NCBI GenBank assembly: GCA_963755915.1
Contig: CAVWLP010000002.1
Span: 1,920,001-1,984,000 of the forward strand
Direction of reading: 5' to 3'
DNA from: an uncultured Phycisphaerales bacterium
GTDB lineage: Bacteria; Planctomycetota; Phycisphaerae; Tepidisphaerales; Tepidisphaeraceae
DNA length: 64,000 bases
Shown: positions 50,039 through 60,616 of the stretch, one piece after another
Layout of the letters: each line of letters starts with the position of its first letter
Position numbering within the stretch: position 1 is the stretch's first letter
Position numbers and translations under genes: made by a program
The notes under the pieces: generated by a model
What the model saw: the letters and a program-made list of their open reading frames with translations, nothing else
Databases searched by the model: none
Told to the model about the DNA's origin: nothing

Positions 50039-50805
50039 AATGGGACGGTCGATTGCGATATATCGGACGTGGTGGCATTTGATCCGATGATCGGTGGTGG
50101 CATTTGAAGTGATGACTGACATTTGAGGCGATCGTCGGTAACAGTCGGGCGATTCGAGTAGCGGTTGGGCGGGCTCAACGAGCTGCTATCCGCGATGTTC
50201 CCGTTCTAATTATCGGTGAAAGCGGTACGGGCAAGGAAATGTTTGCCCGTGCTATGCACGCCGCAAGCCCGCGTCGAGAGGGTCCATTTGTCGCAGTCAA
50301 CTGCGCCGCAGTTCCGAGGGAACTGCTAGAATCGGAATTATTTGGCCATAAACGCGGTTCGTTTACTGGCGCCTCGGCTGACCGTGTTGGAGCTTTCGAA
50401 GAAGCCACCTCCGGTAACCAGGCGCTCTTTCCATTTTCGCATAAGCCACAAGTTTTAAGCGATTCCATTCTGCATCGCGTCGATGATAGTAATCGCATGA
50501 TTTCCAACCCACAAATAGCCCAACCCCACCGCCCAGTAGCAGGAGCGCTAACGTAGATACTCGTCATGGCTAATGGGCTAGGTCGTCGCCGACCCGGATT
50601 GCGTTATCGACTTCTCAGCGTTGATCCCACCAGCTGGCACCAGCCGCGACAGGTGCCCGGCAGCTTGGAAAACTGCAATTGGACGTGATTGTCATGGGCG
50701 CGCAAAACCGGCCAATTGAGGGCGCGCCAAAACCGGCCATTTTGAGGCACAGGAGATTGGGTTATCGACCTTGGCTTTCGGCGGTTGCCGCAAGCCAATG
50801 GTGGG

Positions 50806-51052
50806 ATGGCCAATCAACTCAAGATGGCGGAAGTACAAGCAATTTTGGCACTTGCGCCAGCGGCTGGTCCAATCGGAACATCGCCCGCCAACTCGGCGTT
50901 CACCGGGAGACCGTTGGACGCCACATCCGGTTGTCGGGCGGCGATCCTGCGGCGCCCGGATCGGATTCAAAACCGGCCAGCGCGCCCCTCGGCTCGACGG
51001 TGCTCGCCGCAGGCGGCTCGGAGAGCAGAGCCGAAGGGAGTCCACCCCATGA
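50806..51052 (+). pseudogene. istA: IstA remnant (N-terminal HTH joined to the last codons)
   Basis: 'MANQLKMAEVQAILALA...GWSNRNIARQLGVHRETVGRH' as in type B, then directly GAGTCCACCCC-ATGA. Confidence 0.88.
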
Positions 51053-51939
51053 GACCTTCGTTGATGCAGACGCTCAAGCAACTTCGGCTTTCAGGTCTGG
51101 CGAGCAGCCTTGAAGTTCGCCTGAGCGAGGCGGCCGGCAATCGGCTCGACCACAGTGAGTTTTTGGAACTGATCCTTCAGGATGAACTGAACGTCCGATC
51201 CAGCCGGCAGATCGGCCGGCGCGTCAAGGCGGCGATGTTCCGCGACACCAAAAACCTCGACGAGTTCGACTTCTCCTTCAACACCTCCATCAAACGCAAA
51301 CAGATTCACGATCTGGCCGCCGGCCAGTTCATTCGTGACAAACGTGACGTGCTCTTGCTGGGTCCGCCCGGCGTGGGCAAATCGTTTTTGGCCCAGGCCA
51401 TCGGACACCAGGCGATCAAGAGCGGCTTGGTGGTCCTGTACCGATCCATCTTCGACCTGGCCCGCGACTTTTTAGGCGACGAGGATCTGGGAGCCCAGGA
51501 CAAGACGCTGGCCCGGTATCTCAAGCCTGATCTGCTTATCATCGACGACATGGGAATGAAGCAGCTTCCGCGGCGCAGCGGCGAATGCCTGCTGGAGATC
51601 GTCATGCGCCGGCACGAGAACCGCTCGACGATGATGACCAGCAACCGTCCACTGGAGGACTGGGCCAAGCTGATCGGCGACGTGCCGGCGGCCACGGCCA
51701 TTCTGGATCGGTTCCTGCAGCACGCCACGATCATCAACATCACCGGCAAGAGCTACCGCCTTCGGCATGGGGGCCATTCGACTTCGCTCACGGCAGGCCA
51801 ATCCGGGACACCGGAAAAGACAAATCCAAAAGGACGGCGGAGTACCGCCGGCGATGAAGGGTGCTCCCCCCCGGAAGACACCGTGACAGAGCCGCCGTTG
51901 TCTTCTGATGTGGGGGTATCCGCCGGCCAGACGGCGTGA
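51049..51939 (+). CDS. istB: IS21 helper ATPase IstB
   Basis: GPPGVGKS, LLIIDD; intact. Confidence 0.94.
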   Translation: MRPSLMQTLKQLRLSGLASSLEVRLSEAAGNRLDHSEFLELILQDELNVRSSRQIGRRVKAAMFRDTKNLDEFDFSFNTSIKRKQIHDLAAGQFIRDKRDVLLLGPPGVGKSFLAQAIGHQAIKSGLVVLYRSIFDLARDFLGDEDLGAQDKTLARYLKPDLLIIDDMGMKQLPRRSGECLLEIVMRRHENRSTMMTSNRPLEDWAKLIGDVPAATAILDRFLQHATIINITGKSYRLRHGGHSTSLTAGQSGTPEKTNPKGRRSTAGDEGCSPPEDTVTEPPLSSDVGVSAGQTA

Positions 51940-52384
51940 ACGGGGACCAATAACTCAAGGAACAGTTGCGTCGGATAGAACGGATGCGGTATAGAATACG
52001 TCAGCACATTGGCCGGTTTTGAAGCGCCCCGCCCTGGCTGGTTTTGGCGCGCCCCGTGACACGTGATCTTTGGGCCAGTCGCAAACCACAATTATCCACA
52101 TCCCCAGCTCATTCATCCCACCATCACGCCAGCCCTGTTCTGAAAGCAGATTCCCAACAAACTGAACACTTTTTCCCGCCCCAACAGCCCTCCCCAGCTA
52201 AATCAACCCCAACCCCTTTCCCCACCAGCACATACGCCAACCCGATAAGCTATGATTCACTAACAAATTTCTCGAAAGTGTCCAATTCTGTCCACTCACA
52301 CCCTCCCCTGCTATCATCCCCCCCAGCAGACGTGACTCCCCGCAGGCCCGGAACCGCCCGGCGGGCACCTCTGCCGGACGTCGC

Positions 52385-55300
52385 ATGGCCATTCTCGTTT
52401 CCCTGAACCATAAGACAATCTACCATTACGACCGGCCGGTAAATCTCGGCCCCCAGGTCATTCGCCTCCGGCCCGCGCCCCATTCCCGCACCCCGATCCG
52501 GTCTTATTCCCTCAAGATCAACCCCGCCAAACACTTCCTCAATTGGCAGCAGGACCCGCAGAGCAATTACCTCGCCCGCGTGGTGATTCCTGAGAAAACA
52601 AAAGAGTTCAGCGTCGAGGTCGATCTCATCGCCGACATGACGGTCATCAATCCCTTCGACTTCTTCCTCGAACCCTCGGCCGAGAATTTCCCCTTCGAAT
52701 ATGACCCCTGGCTCGCGAACGAGCTGGAGCCGTTTCTCATAAAAATGCCGGCCCAGCCACATTTTCGGGATTGGATCGCCAGTGTCCCCCGGACCAAAAT
52801 GCAGACGACGTCCTTCCTGGTTTCGCTGAACCAGCGGCTTTCGCGCGAGACGCGATATCTGATCCGCATGGAGCCCGGCGTCCAGACGCCGGAGGAGACG
52901 CTGACGAAAAAATCCGGCTCCTGCCGGGACAGCGCCTGGCTGCTCTGCCAGATTCTGCGGAATCTGGGCATCGCCTCCCGTTTTTGCAGCGGCTATCTGA
53001 TTCAGCTCAAGCCCGATGAGAAGCCGCTGGAAGGTCCGTCCGGCGCGGCGATGGATTTCACCGATCTGCACGCCTGGACCGAGGCCTATCTTCCCGGCGC
53101 GGGTTGGGTCGGCCTGGATCCGACCAGCGGCCTGCTGACGGGCGAAGGGCACGTTCCCGTCGCGGCGACGCCCGATCCGCAGAGTGCCGCGCCGATCAGC
53201 GGGGCCGTCGATGCGTCGAAAGTCGAATTCTCTCATTCGATGACCATCACGCGGATTCACGAAGATCCGCGCGTGACCAAGCCCTACACCGATGGGCAGT
53301 GGAAACAGATCGAGGCGCTGGGGCACGAGCTGGACCGCGAATTGGCCGCCAACGACGTCAGATTAACGATCGGCGGCGAGCCAACATTCGTCAGTATCGA
53401 CGATATGGACGGCGCAGAGTGGAACACCGCGGCCGTGGGGCCCAACAAACGTAAACTCTCGGAAATTCTGGTCCGCCGGCTGCAAAAAGAATTTGCGCCC
53501 GGCGGTCTGCTGCACTTTGGGCAAGGGAAGTGGTATCCGGGCGAGTCGCTGCCGCGCTGGGCGTTGGGATGTTACTGGCGGAAAGACGGAGCGCCGATCT
53601 GGCAGGATCATTCGCTCATCGCCGATGAATCGAAAGACTACGGCTTCACGCACGACCACGCGGTGCGTTTCGCACGGCATCTGGCGCAAGAGCTTGCGGT
53701 GGACGAGACGTACGTCGTTCCGGCATTCGAGGACGCGGGATATTACCTGCACAAGGAAGGCCGGCTGCCGATCAATGTCGAGCCGGACGATTCGAAGCTC
53801 GAGGACAAAGAGGAGCGCGAGCGCCTGCGGCGAATCTTCGATCGCGGTCTCAACGTGCCGTCGGGATTTGTCCTGCCGATCCAACGGACATACACAAAAG
53901 ACGGCCCCACGTGGCAAAGTGGAATCTGGCTCTTGCGCGGAAGGCACCTCACGCTGATCCCGGGGGATTCTCCGATTGGTTTGCGGTTGCCCCTGCCTTC
54001 CCTGCCGTGGGTGACGCGGGGCAGTATCCGTACGTTCACCCTGCAGACCCGCTGGCAGATCGGGGCCCGCTGCCGTTCTTTGAAGCCCGGCGGCAGACGC
54101 ATCGGTTTACGCCGCATGCCGAGGGGAGCGATCGCCCGGAAGTAAACGTCCAAACACTCGCGCCGGAGAATCCCGCCGATGCGGTTCCGGAGCCGGGCCA
54201 ATCGTCCTATTGGACGGTTCGCACGGCCATGACGGTTGAGCCGCGGCAGGGCCGGCTGTTTGTCTTCATGCCGCCCCTCGCATCCGTGGAGGATTATTTC
54301 GAGCTGATCCATCACATCGAATCGACTGCCGCTGCGCTTAAGATGCCGGTGATTATCGAAGGCACGCCGCCGCCTTTCGATCCCCGGGTGGATTCGATCA
54401 AGGTCACGCCCGATCCCGGGGTAATCGAGGTGAACACCCAGCCGGCCAAATCATGGGACGAGCTGGTGGATATCACCAATCGGCTCTATGAAGAGGCCCG
54501 GCAGTCGCGACTGGGCACCGAAAAGTTCATGCTTGACGGACGCCACACCGGCACCGGCGGCGGCAACCACATCGTCGTCGGCGGCGCAACGCCCGCCGAT
54601 TCTCCTTTCCTCCGCCGGCCCGATTTGCTCCGAAGTTTGCTGGGTTTCTGGCTCAACCATCCGTCGCTTTCCTACCTTTTCAGCGGCACGTTCATCGGCC
54701 CGACCTCACAGGCGCCCCGCGTCGATGAGGCGCGCAACGACAGCGTTTACGAGCTGGAGATCGCCTTTAAAGAGCTGGACCGCCAGGCCCAATTGCTCGG
54801 CAATGTGCCGCCGTGGATGGTCGATCGGCTCTTTCGCAATCTCCTGATCGACAGCACCGGGAACACCCATCGTGCGGAATTCTGCATCGACAAGCTCTAC
54901 GCACCGGAGAGTTCAACCGGCCGCCTTGGTCTGGTCGAATTTCGCGGGTTTGAAATGCCCCCGCACGCGCGGATGAGCCTCACCCAGCAATTGCTTTTGC
55001 GGACGCTGATCGCCTGGTTCTGGAAGAAGCCTTACACGGCGAAGCTCGTCCGCTGGGGAACGCAATTGCACGATCAGTGGCTGCTGCCGCACTTCATCGA
55101 AAAGGATTTTGACGATGTGTGCGGCGAGCTGACCGGCGCGGGATATGCATTCGAGCGCTCCTGGTTCGCGCCGCACGTGGAGTTCAGGTTTCCGGTGGCG
55201 GGGAGGGTGAATCACATGGGGGCGGAGATCGAGCTTCGCAACGCGATTGAGCCCTGGCTCACGCTGGGGGAAATCCCGGGGATTGGGGGAACGGTAAGGC

Positions 55301-55728
55301 AAGTCGACTCCTCGCTGGAGCGTTTGCAGGTGAAGGTGGAGGGGTTGACGGGCGACCGGTTTGTACTGGCGGTGAATGGCCGGCGTGTGCCGCTGCGGAC
55401 GACGGGAGTGCATGGGCAATACGTCGCGGGGGTGCGCTATCGCGCCTGGCAGCCGCCGCATTGTTTGCATCCTACAATTGGGGTGGATACGCCGTTGATT
55501 TTCGATCTGATCGACACCTGGAACGGTCGGAGCCTTGGCGGGTGTACGTATCATGTGTCGCATCCGGGCGGCCGCAATTACGCAACTTTCCCGGTGAACG
55601 CCTTTGAGGCGGAGGCTCGACGCATTGCCCGGTTTTTTACCTTTGGGCACACGCCGGGGCCGGTGGATGTGCCGAACCTGGAGGCGAATCCGGAGTATCC
55701 ATATACATTGGACATGCGTCATCGATAG
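52385..55728 (+). CDS. Transglutaminase-domain / DUF2126 (putative amidoligase) fusion (frameshift near 54020)
   Basis: 'GSCRDSAW', 'DLHAW', 'GLDPTSG', 'GGEPTFVS', '[10 protein letters not shown]', 'GTGGGNH', 'HPGGR'. Confidence 0.9.
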
Positions 55729-55786
55729 GGCGACAGATTTCCGGGGTTCGCATGGACTCGCGTCCCCCGCTACATAGGATACGAAG

Positions 55787-58296
55787 ATGATCGCCAATTC
55801 GCCTTCGGATCAGCGCCAGAAGTGGTCTTACCCGCCGATCGAGGGACATTTCGACGAAATGCTAGCCGCCGGCGGCGCAACCCGGCCACACTGGCAGGGG
55901 TTGATGTCGCAACTGACCGAGTTGGGGGCCGAGGAAATCGACCGCCGCTGGGCCCGGGCCCGCAAGGCCATCGAGGAAAACGGGGTCACCTACACGGTCT
56001 ATGGCGAAGAAGCCGGCGATCGCGACTGGCAGCTCGATACTCTCCCGCTGGTCATCTCCGCCGATGAATGGAAGCTCATCGAGCAGGCGGTCATTCAGCG
56101 GGCGTCGCTGCTGAACCGTGTCTTGGGCGATGTCTACGGAAAGCAGGAGCTGCTGATCAGCGGTCTGCTTCCCGGCGCGGCGGTATTCATCCAGCAATCC
56201 TTCCTTCGGCCGATGATCGGCCTGCCGATCCCCGGCGGAATATTCAATCACATTCACGCGTTTGATCTGGCTCGCGCGCCGGACGGGCAGTGGTGGGTCA
56301 TTGGCGACCGAACTCAGGCGCCCAGCGGCATGGGATATGCCCTGGAAAACCGCTCGATTTTGTCGCAGACGCTGCCGGAGCCATTTCATGCCTGCAACGT
56401 CACCCGCCTCGCGGAATTCTTCGGGAATCTGAATGACATCATCCTCTCGCTGGCGCCGGCGCATCGAGAAAATCCGCGGGTGGCGCTGCTGACGCCGGGG
56501 CCGTACAACGAAACTTATTTTGAGCATTCATATCTCGCCAGATTTTTTGGCTACGCCCTGACCGAAGGGCGCGATCTGCTGGTGCGCGATTCCCGGGTCT
56601 ATCTGAAAACGCTGAGCGGCCTGCTGCCGATCGACGTGATCCTGCGGCGGACGGACGATCTTTACTGCGATCCGCTCGAGCTACGCGAAGATTCGGTCCT
56701 GGGCGTGCCGGGGCTTTTGATGGCGATGCGCGCCGGGCACGTAGCCGTCGCCAATGCGCCCGGCAGCGGGCTGGCGCAGGCGCCGACGCTGCTGCCGTTT
56801 GTTCCAGAGCTTTGCCGGAAATTAACCGGGGAGGAATTGAAGCTGCCGCAGGTGGCCACCTGGTGGTGCGGGCAGAAGCAGCCGATGGAATTCGTGATCG
56901 CGAATCTGCCGAACCTGGTGATCAAGTCGGCGATTGCGTGGGGCTCGATGAAGCCGATTTTCGGAGCTTCACTGAATCCGCAGCAGTTGGAAGAACTGGT
57001 GAAGCGCATCCGGCGAACCCCGCGGCAGTTTATCGCCCAGGAGCGCGTCCGGCTCTCGACCACGCCCGTCTGGCAATCGGGACAGATCGTCCCCCGCCAC
57101 GCGATGATTCGCGTTTTCGCCGCCGCGAGGCTCGATGGCACCTACGTGGTCATGCCCGGCGGCCTCGGGCGCGCATCAGCGCTTCGACCGACTCCACGGT
57201 CGTCTCAATGCAGGCCGGCGGCGGGAGCAAGGATGTCTGGGTGCTGTCGGAGGGTCCGGTCAACCGGGCCAATCCGCTGCGGCCGCCGGGAGCGCCCGTG
57301 AAAATCACCCGCGCCGGAATCGTTTTGCCCAGCCGCGTCGCCGACGACATGTTTTGGCTCGGGCGATACATGGAGCGGGTCGATTACGGCATTCGCATCG
57401 CCCGCGCCCTGATCCGCAGGCTGGCCAACGACTCGGAGGCTTCGCCCGATTTGCTTCTGCTGCTGGGCGGCCGGAATTCCGAAGTGGATCTCCAGGGCTC
57501 GGCCCTGAAGTCGTATATCGCCGATTGCCTCTTTGGTTCGCCGGGGCCGCCGTCGACGTCGCGCAGCGTCCGCAGGGACGTCGATCATCTCCATCGCATC
57601 GCGGGGAATTTGCGCGACAGATTATTCAACGACGCCTGGCGCGTGCTGGCCAAGCTGAACGAGGAATTCGTCCGCCCCGGCCAGATCCGAATGTTTTATA
57701 ACCAGGCGAATGATCTTCTGGACCGGGCCAATATTCTTCTCGCCGGCTTCACGGGTTATGCGACCGAAGGAATGGTTCACGACAAGGGCTGGCGATTCCT
57801 GGATATCGGCCAGCGGATGGAGCGGTCGCTGCATATCGCCGAGCTGCTGCGCTGGGGCTTCCTCAGCGCCGGCGGCGACACCGATCGGCTCGAGGCCGTG
57901 CTCGAGGTCGCCAAGAGCACGCGCATTTATCGCAGCCGCTACGTGACGACGCTGCAGAAGGCGCCGGTGCTCGATCTGCTCCTGCTCGATGAGACCAATC
58001 CGCAGTCGCTTGCGTTTCAGTTGGCGCGGGCGCTGGAGCATGCCGAGCAGTTTCCCATCGAGCCCAACCCCGCCGAGGTTCCCGAAGACCGCCGATTGCT
58101 TTTGCGCATGCAGACCAACGTTCGCCTGTTCAACCCCGAGGCCATTTTCCTGGCCGACGAGGTCGATCCCGATTATCAGCTTGCCGACCTGCTGGCCGAG
58201 CTGAATGTGGAATTGCCGCAGCTTTCCGATGCCCTCACGCAACTCTATTTCAGTCACGTTCGCGTTAGCCAGCAGTCGCGCGGAGGCGGCTCGTGA
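55787..58296 (+). CDS. Circularly permuted type-2 ATP-grasp + alpha-E (DUF403) fusion (frameshift near 57180)
   Basis: 'DRTQAPSGMGYALENR', 'LTPGPYNETYFEH', 'MPGGL', 'GGGSKDVWV', 'FWLGRYMER'. Confidence 0.9.
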
Positions 58297-59165
58297 AATA
58301 CCGCATCCACCACATCACCAGCTATCACTACGGCGAACCGTTCGCCAATTGCCATAACCAGGTCCGGCTCACCCCGCGCGAATTGCCGACCCAGCACCGG
58401 ATTTCATCCGAGATCAGCGTCGAGCCTCGGCTTGAAACGTTTGAGCGCCACGTCGATTCCTTCGGCAACATCGTCGAATCCTTCAGCCTCGACTCGCCCA
58501 GCGACACGATCAACATCCAGGCAATCAGCGAGGTCGAAGTTTCCCGCCGTCGTCCGGCCGCCAAAGGCGAATCCATGCCCTGGGAGCGCATGCGCGACCT
58601 TTTCATGGGCGATTGCGGCCCGGGCGAACTTGATCCGCTCCAGTACGTCTTCGATTCCCCGATGATCGAGCAAACCGACCAGGCCGGCGCCTACGTTTTG
58701 GAAAGCTTCAAGCCCGGCACACCGATCCTCACCGGCGCCGACGACCTGATGCGGCGAATCAACACCGATTTCAAGTTCGACAAGACGGCCACCACTGTCG
58801 GCACCAGCGTTTCAGAAGTCTTTAAGGAGCGGCGGGGAGTGTGCCAGGATTTCGCCCACCTCATGATCGTCTGCCTGCGCGCCCTCGGCCTTCCCGGCCG
58901 ATACGTCAGCGGCTATCTCCAGACCGAGCCCGTGCCCGGCCGCCCCCGCCTGATCGGCGCCGACGCCTCCCACGCCTGGTGCTCGACCTGGTGCCCAAAA
59001 TTCGGCTGGCGCGATTTCGATCCCACCAACAACTGCTGCCCCAACGAACGCCACATCACCCTCGCCTGGGGGCGGGATTATGGCGACGTGAGCCCGGTCC
59101 GCGGCGTGGTGCTGGGCGGGGCGGGGCATCATATCGTGGTGTCGGTGGATATGGCGGCGGTGTGA
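58293..59165 (+). CDS. Transglutaminase-family protein
   Basis: 'GVCQDFAH', 'RYVSGY', 'SHAW', 'DPTN', 'GRDYGDV.P'. Confidence 0.93.
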   Translation: MKYRIHHITSYHYGEPFANCHNQVRLTPRELPTQHRISSEISVEPRLETFERHVDSFGNIVESFSLDSPSDTINIQAISEVEVSRRRPAAKGESMPWERMRDLFMGDCGPGELDPLQYVFDSPMIEQTDQAGAYVLESFKPGTPILTGADDLMRRINTDFKFDKTATTVGTSVSEVFKERRGVCQDFAHLMIVCLRALGLPGRYVSGYLQTEPVPGRPRLIGADASHAWCSTWCPKFGWRDFDPTNNCCPNERHITLAWGRDYGDVSPVRGVVLGGAGHHIVVSVDMAAV

Positions 59166-59269
59166 GAAGGTTCGAATACGCTGCGCGGGCGTAAAATTTT
59201 CAAAACGGGGGTAGGAAAGTCCGAAATTGGTTATAACTTCGCAATCCCAAACGCCGAAGATTATCCCGA

Positions 59270-60616
59270 CTACGCGCCTGACGTCTCCAACTTTCCCGCA
59301 TCAATTGCCTCGACTTCCGCCAATCGCTTGTCCCGAATAATCACCAGGCTCGCAACCAGCCTTTCCATATCAATAAGCGATCGTTGACTGTCGAGCATTT
59401 CCAGCAGCGAAACGCTGCCACTTTGATATGCCGCCCGCGCCAAAGTTACCGCCCCCCTCGCGCGAGGCAGAATCGTGTGCTCCAGCAGATCGAGCTGGCG
59501 ATCGGCGTCTCTAAGGGTCGAGAGGTCGTCTACGAGTTGTGCAGAAAGATCGTTACTTGTCTGTTCCCGCATGGCCTCGATCGCACGCAGATTAGCTTCC
59601 GCTTGCAATACACCGGCATGTAGTGCCTCGTACCGCAGAATTGGAACGGTGAATTCGCCCAAAAGACTTTGCGTGATGCCCTTCAGATCCGTCGACGCCG
59701 CCACGTCAAAATCAGGGTAATATTGCAACTTTGCCAACTCGATATCCTCGCGTTTGCCCCGTATTTCATCAGCCAGGGCAACCAATTCCGGGTTCACCCG
59801 CGCCGCCCGATCCAGCACCTCTTGATCCGATCCGGCAATCGGCCGCATTGCCGGCAATGAATCGGGCACTGCAATTGCAGCCGTCGCCGGCCGATCCAGC
59901 AGGGCATTAAGTGCAGCCCGTTCCGCCGGAAGTTCGGACCTCATATTCGCCACGTCGTTCTTTGCCAGATCAAGATCATTGTGCGCATTGAGCACATCCT
60001 GCTCGCCTCCCTGGCCGGATCGGTTACGGGCTTCCGTGATTGTGGCCGTCATCTCAAGCAGTTGGATGTTTTCCTCCCCGAGCCGAATCAACTCGGCATT
60101 TAGCGCGTAATCGTCGTAGGCGCTCACCACTTTTCGCCGCAGTTCGTATTCCGCTTTGCGGAATCGCACTCCCGCGGCTCGCGCATTTTCCAATGAACGT
60201 CGAGCGGCAGCGGACAATTTGCCGGGGAAGGAAATATCCGTCATCGGATCATTGGCCGCGGTGACAACGGTGCGATCCAAAGCCAAGGCGCCGTTGTTTA
60301 GAGTCGTACCGAACGAAATCGCCAGATTGGTCGGCTGTGTTCCATCGATCGTCACCTGCTCGATGGCAGCCCGCCATTGCCAATACTGCTCCTCCAAATC
60401 AGCATTCGTCAGCAGCGCATAATGCACGAGATCATCCACCGACGGATTCTCAGGCAGCGAGGGCCCGGTCCGCTTATCAGCCGGACTTTCATACGGTTTC
60501 CCGGCATCGAGCGCCGCTTGACGTTCGCTTTGCTCGCCCGCCGGATGAACGGTGCAGCCGGTCAAAAACGCCGGGAGCATCGTTGCGGCGACAATCAATA
60601 GGTTGCGTCCATTCAT
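59270..60616 (-). CDS. TolC-family outer-membrane efflux lipoprotein
   Basis: Lipobox 'LTGC', two OEP repeats, 'AYQSG...LLE.LD.QR'; ATGA overlap with the RND gene stop. Confidence 0.88.
   Translation of the reverse strand: MNGRNLLIVAATMLPAFLTGCTVHPAGEQSERQAALDAGKPYESPADKRTGPSLPENPSVDDLVHYALLTNADLEEQYWQWRAAIEQVTIDGTQPTNLAISFGTTLNNGALALDRTVVTAANDPMTDISFPGKLSAAARRSLENARAAGVRFRKAEYELRRKVVSAYDDYALNAELIRLGEENIQLLEMTATITEARNRSGQGGEQDVLNAHNDLDLAKNDVANMRSELPAERAALNALLDRPATAAIAVPDSLPAMRPIAGSDQEVLDRAARVNPELVALADEIRGKREDIELAKLQYYPDFDVAASTDLKGITQSLLGEFTVPILRYEALHAGVLQAEANLRAIEAMREQTSNDLSAQLVDDLSTLRDADRQLDLLEHTILPRARGAVTLARAAYQSGSVSLLEMLDSQRSLIDMERLVASLVIIRDKRLAEVEAIDAGKLETSGA

Larger units (their letters stand above)
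47351..50121 (+). mobile_element. IS21-family element type A, copy 2 (2771 bp)
   Basis: TGTCA...TGACA ends; 6-bp target duplication TTTGAG (47345..47350, 50122..50127). Confidence 0.97.
46800..50415 (+). pseudogene. CARF/RtcR-type sigma-54 enhancer-binding protein, truncated at both ends, frameshifted and IS-interrupted
   Basis: 'VGHADL', 'DPTDY', 'HLSPGTPAMAAIW' left of the IS; 'FEAIVG...GESGTGKEMFARAMH...VNCAA...ESELFGH.RGSFTGA' right of it; Walker B absent. Confidence 0.8.
50690..52061 (+). mobile_element. Internally deleted IS21-family element (type C, relative of type B; 1372 bp)
   Basis: TGTCA...TGACA ends with CAAAACCGGCCA repeats, 6-bp target duplication CGTGAT (50684..50689, 52062..52067); istA reduced to ~250 nt. 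Confidence 0.93.
28165..52100. mobile_element. Decayed tRNA-Gln-associated genomic island / integrated plasmid-like element (right boundary approximate)
   Basis: Integrase directly behind the tRNA, visibly lower GC, second recombinase, copG-rep remnant, three IS21 elements, truncated genes; no attR duplication found. Confidence 0.75.

Noticed and set aside
52092-52100. Perfect DnaA box TTATCCACA as a replication origin
   Set aside because: Single box with no cluster, AT-rich unwinding element or dnaA/rep gene adjacent.
59168-59177. AGGTTCGAAT match to the tRNA-Gln T-loop as possible attR
   Set aside because: Only 10 bp, and the following bases do not match the tRNA 3' end (CCTAGTTCCCCA).
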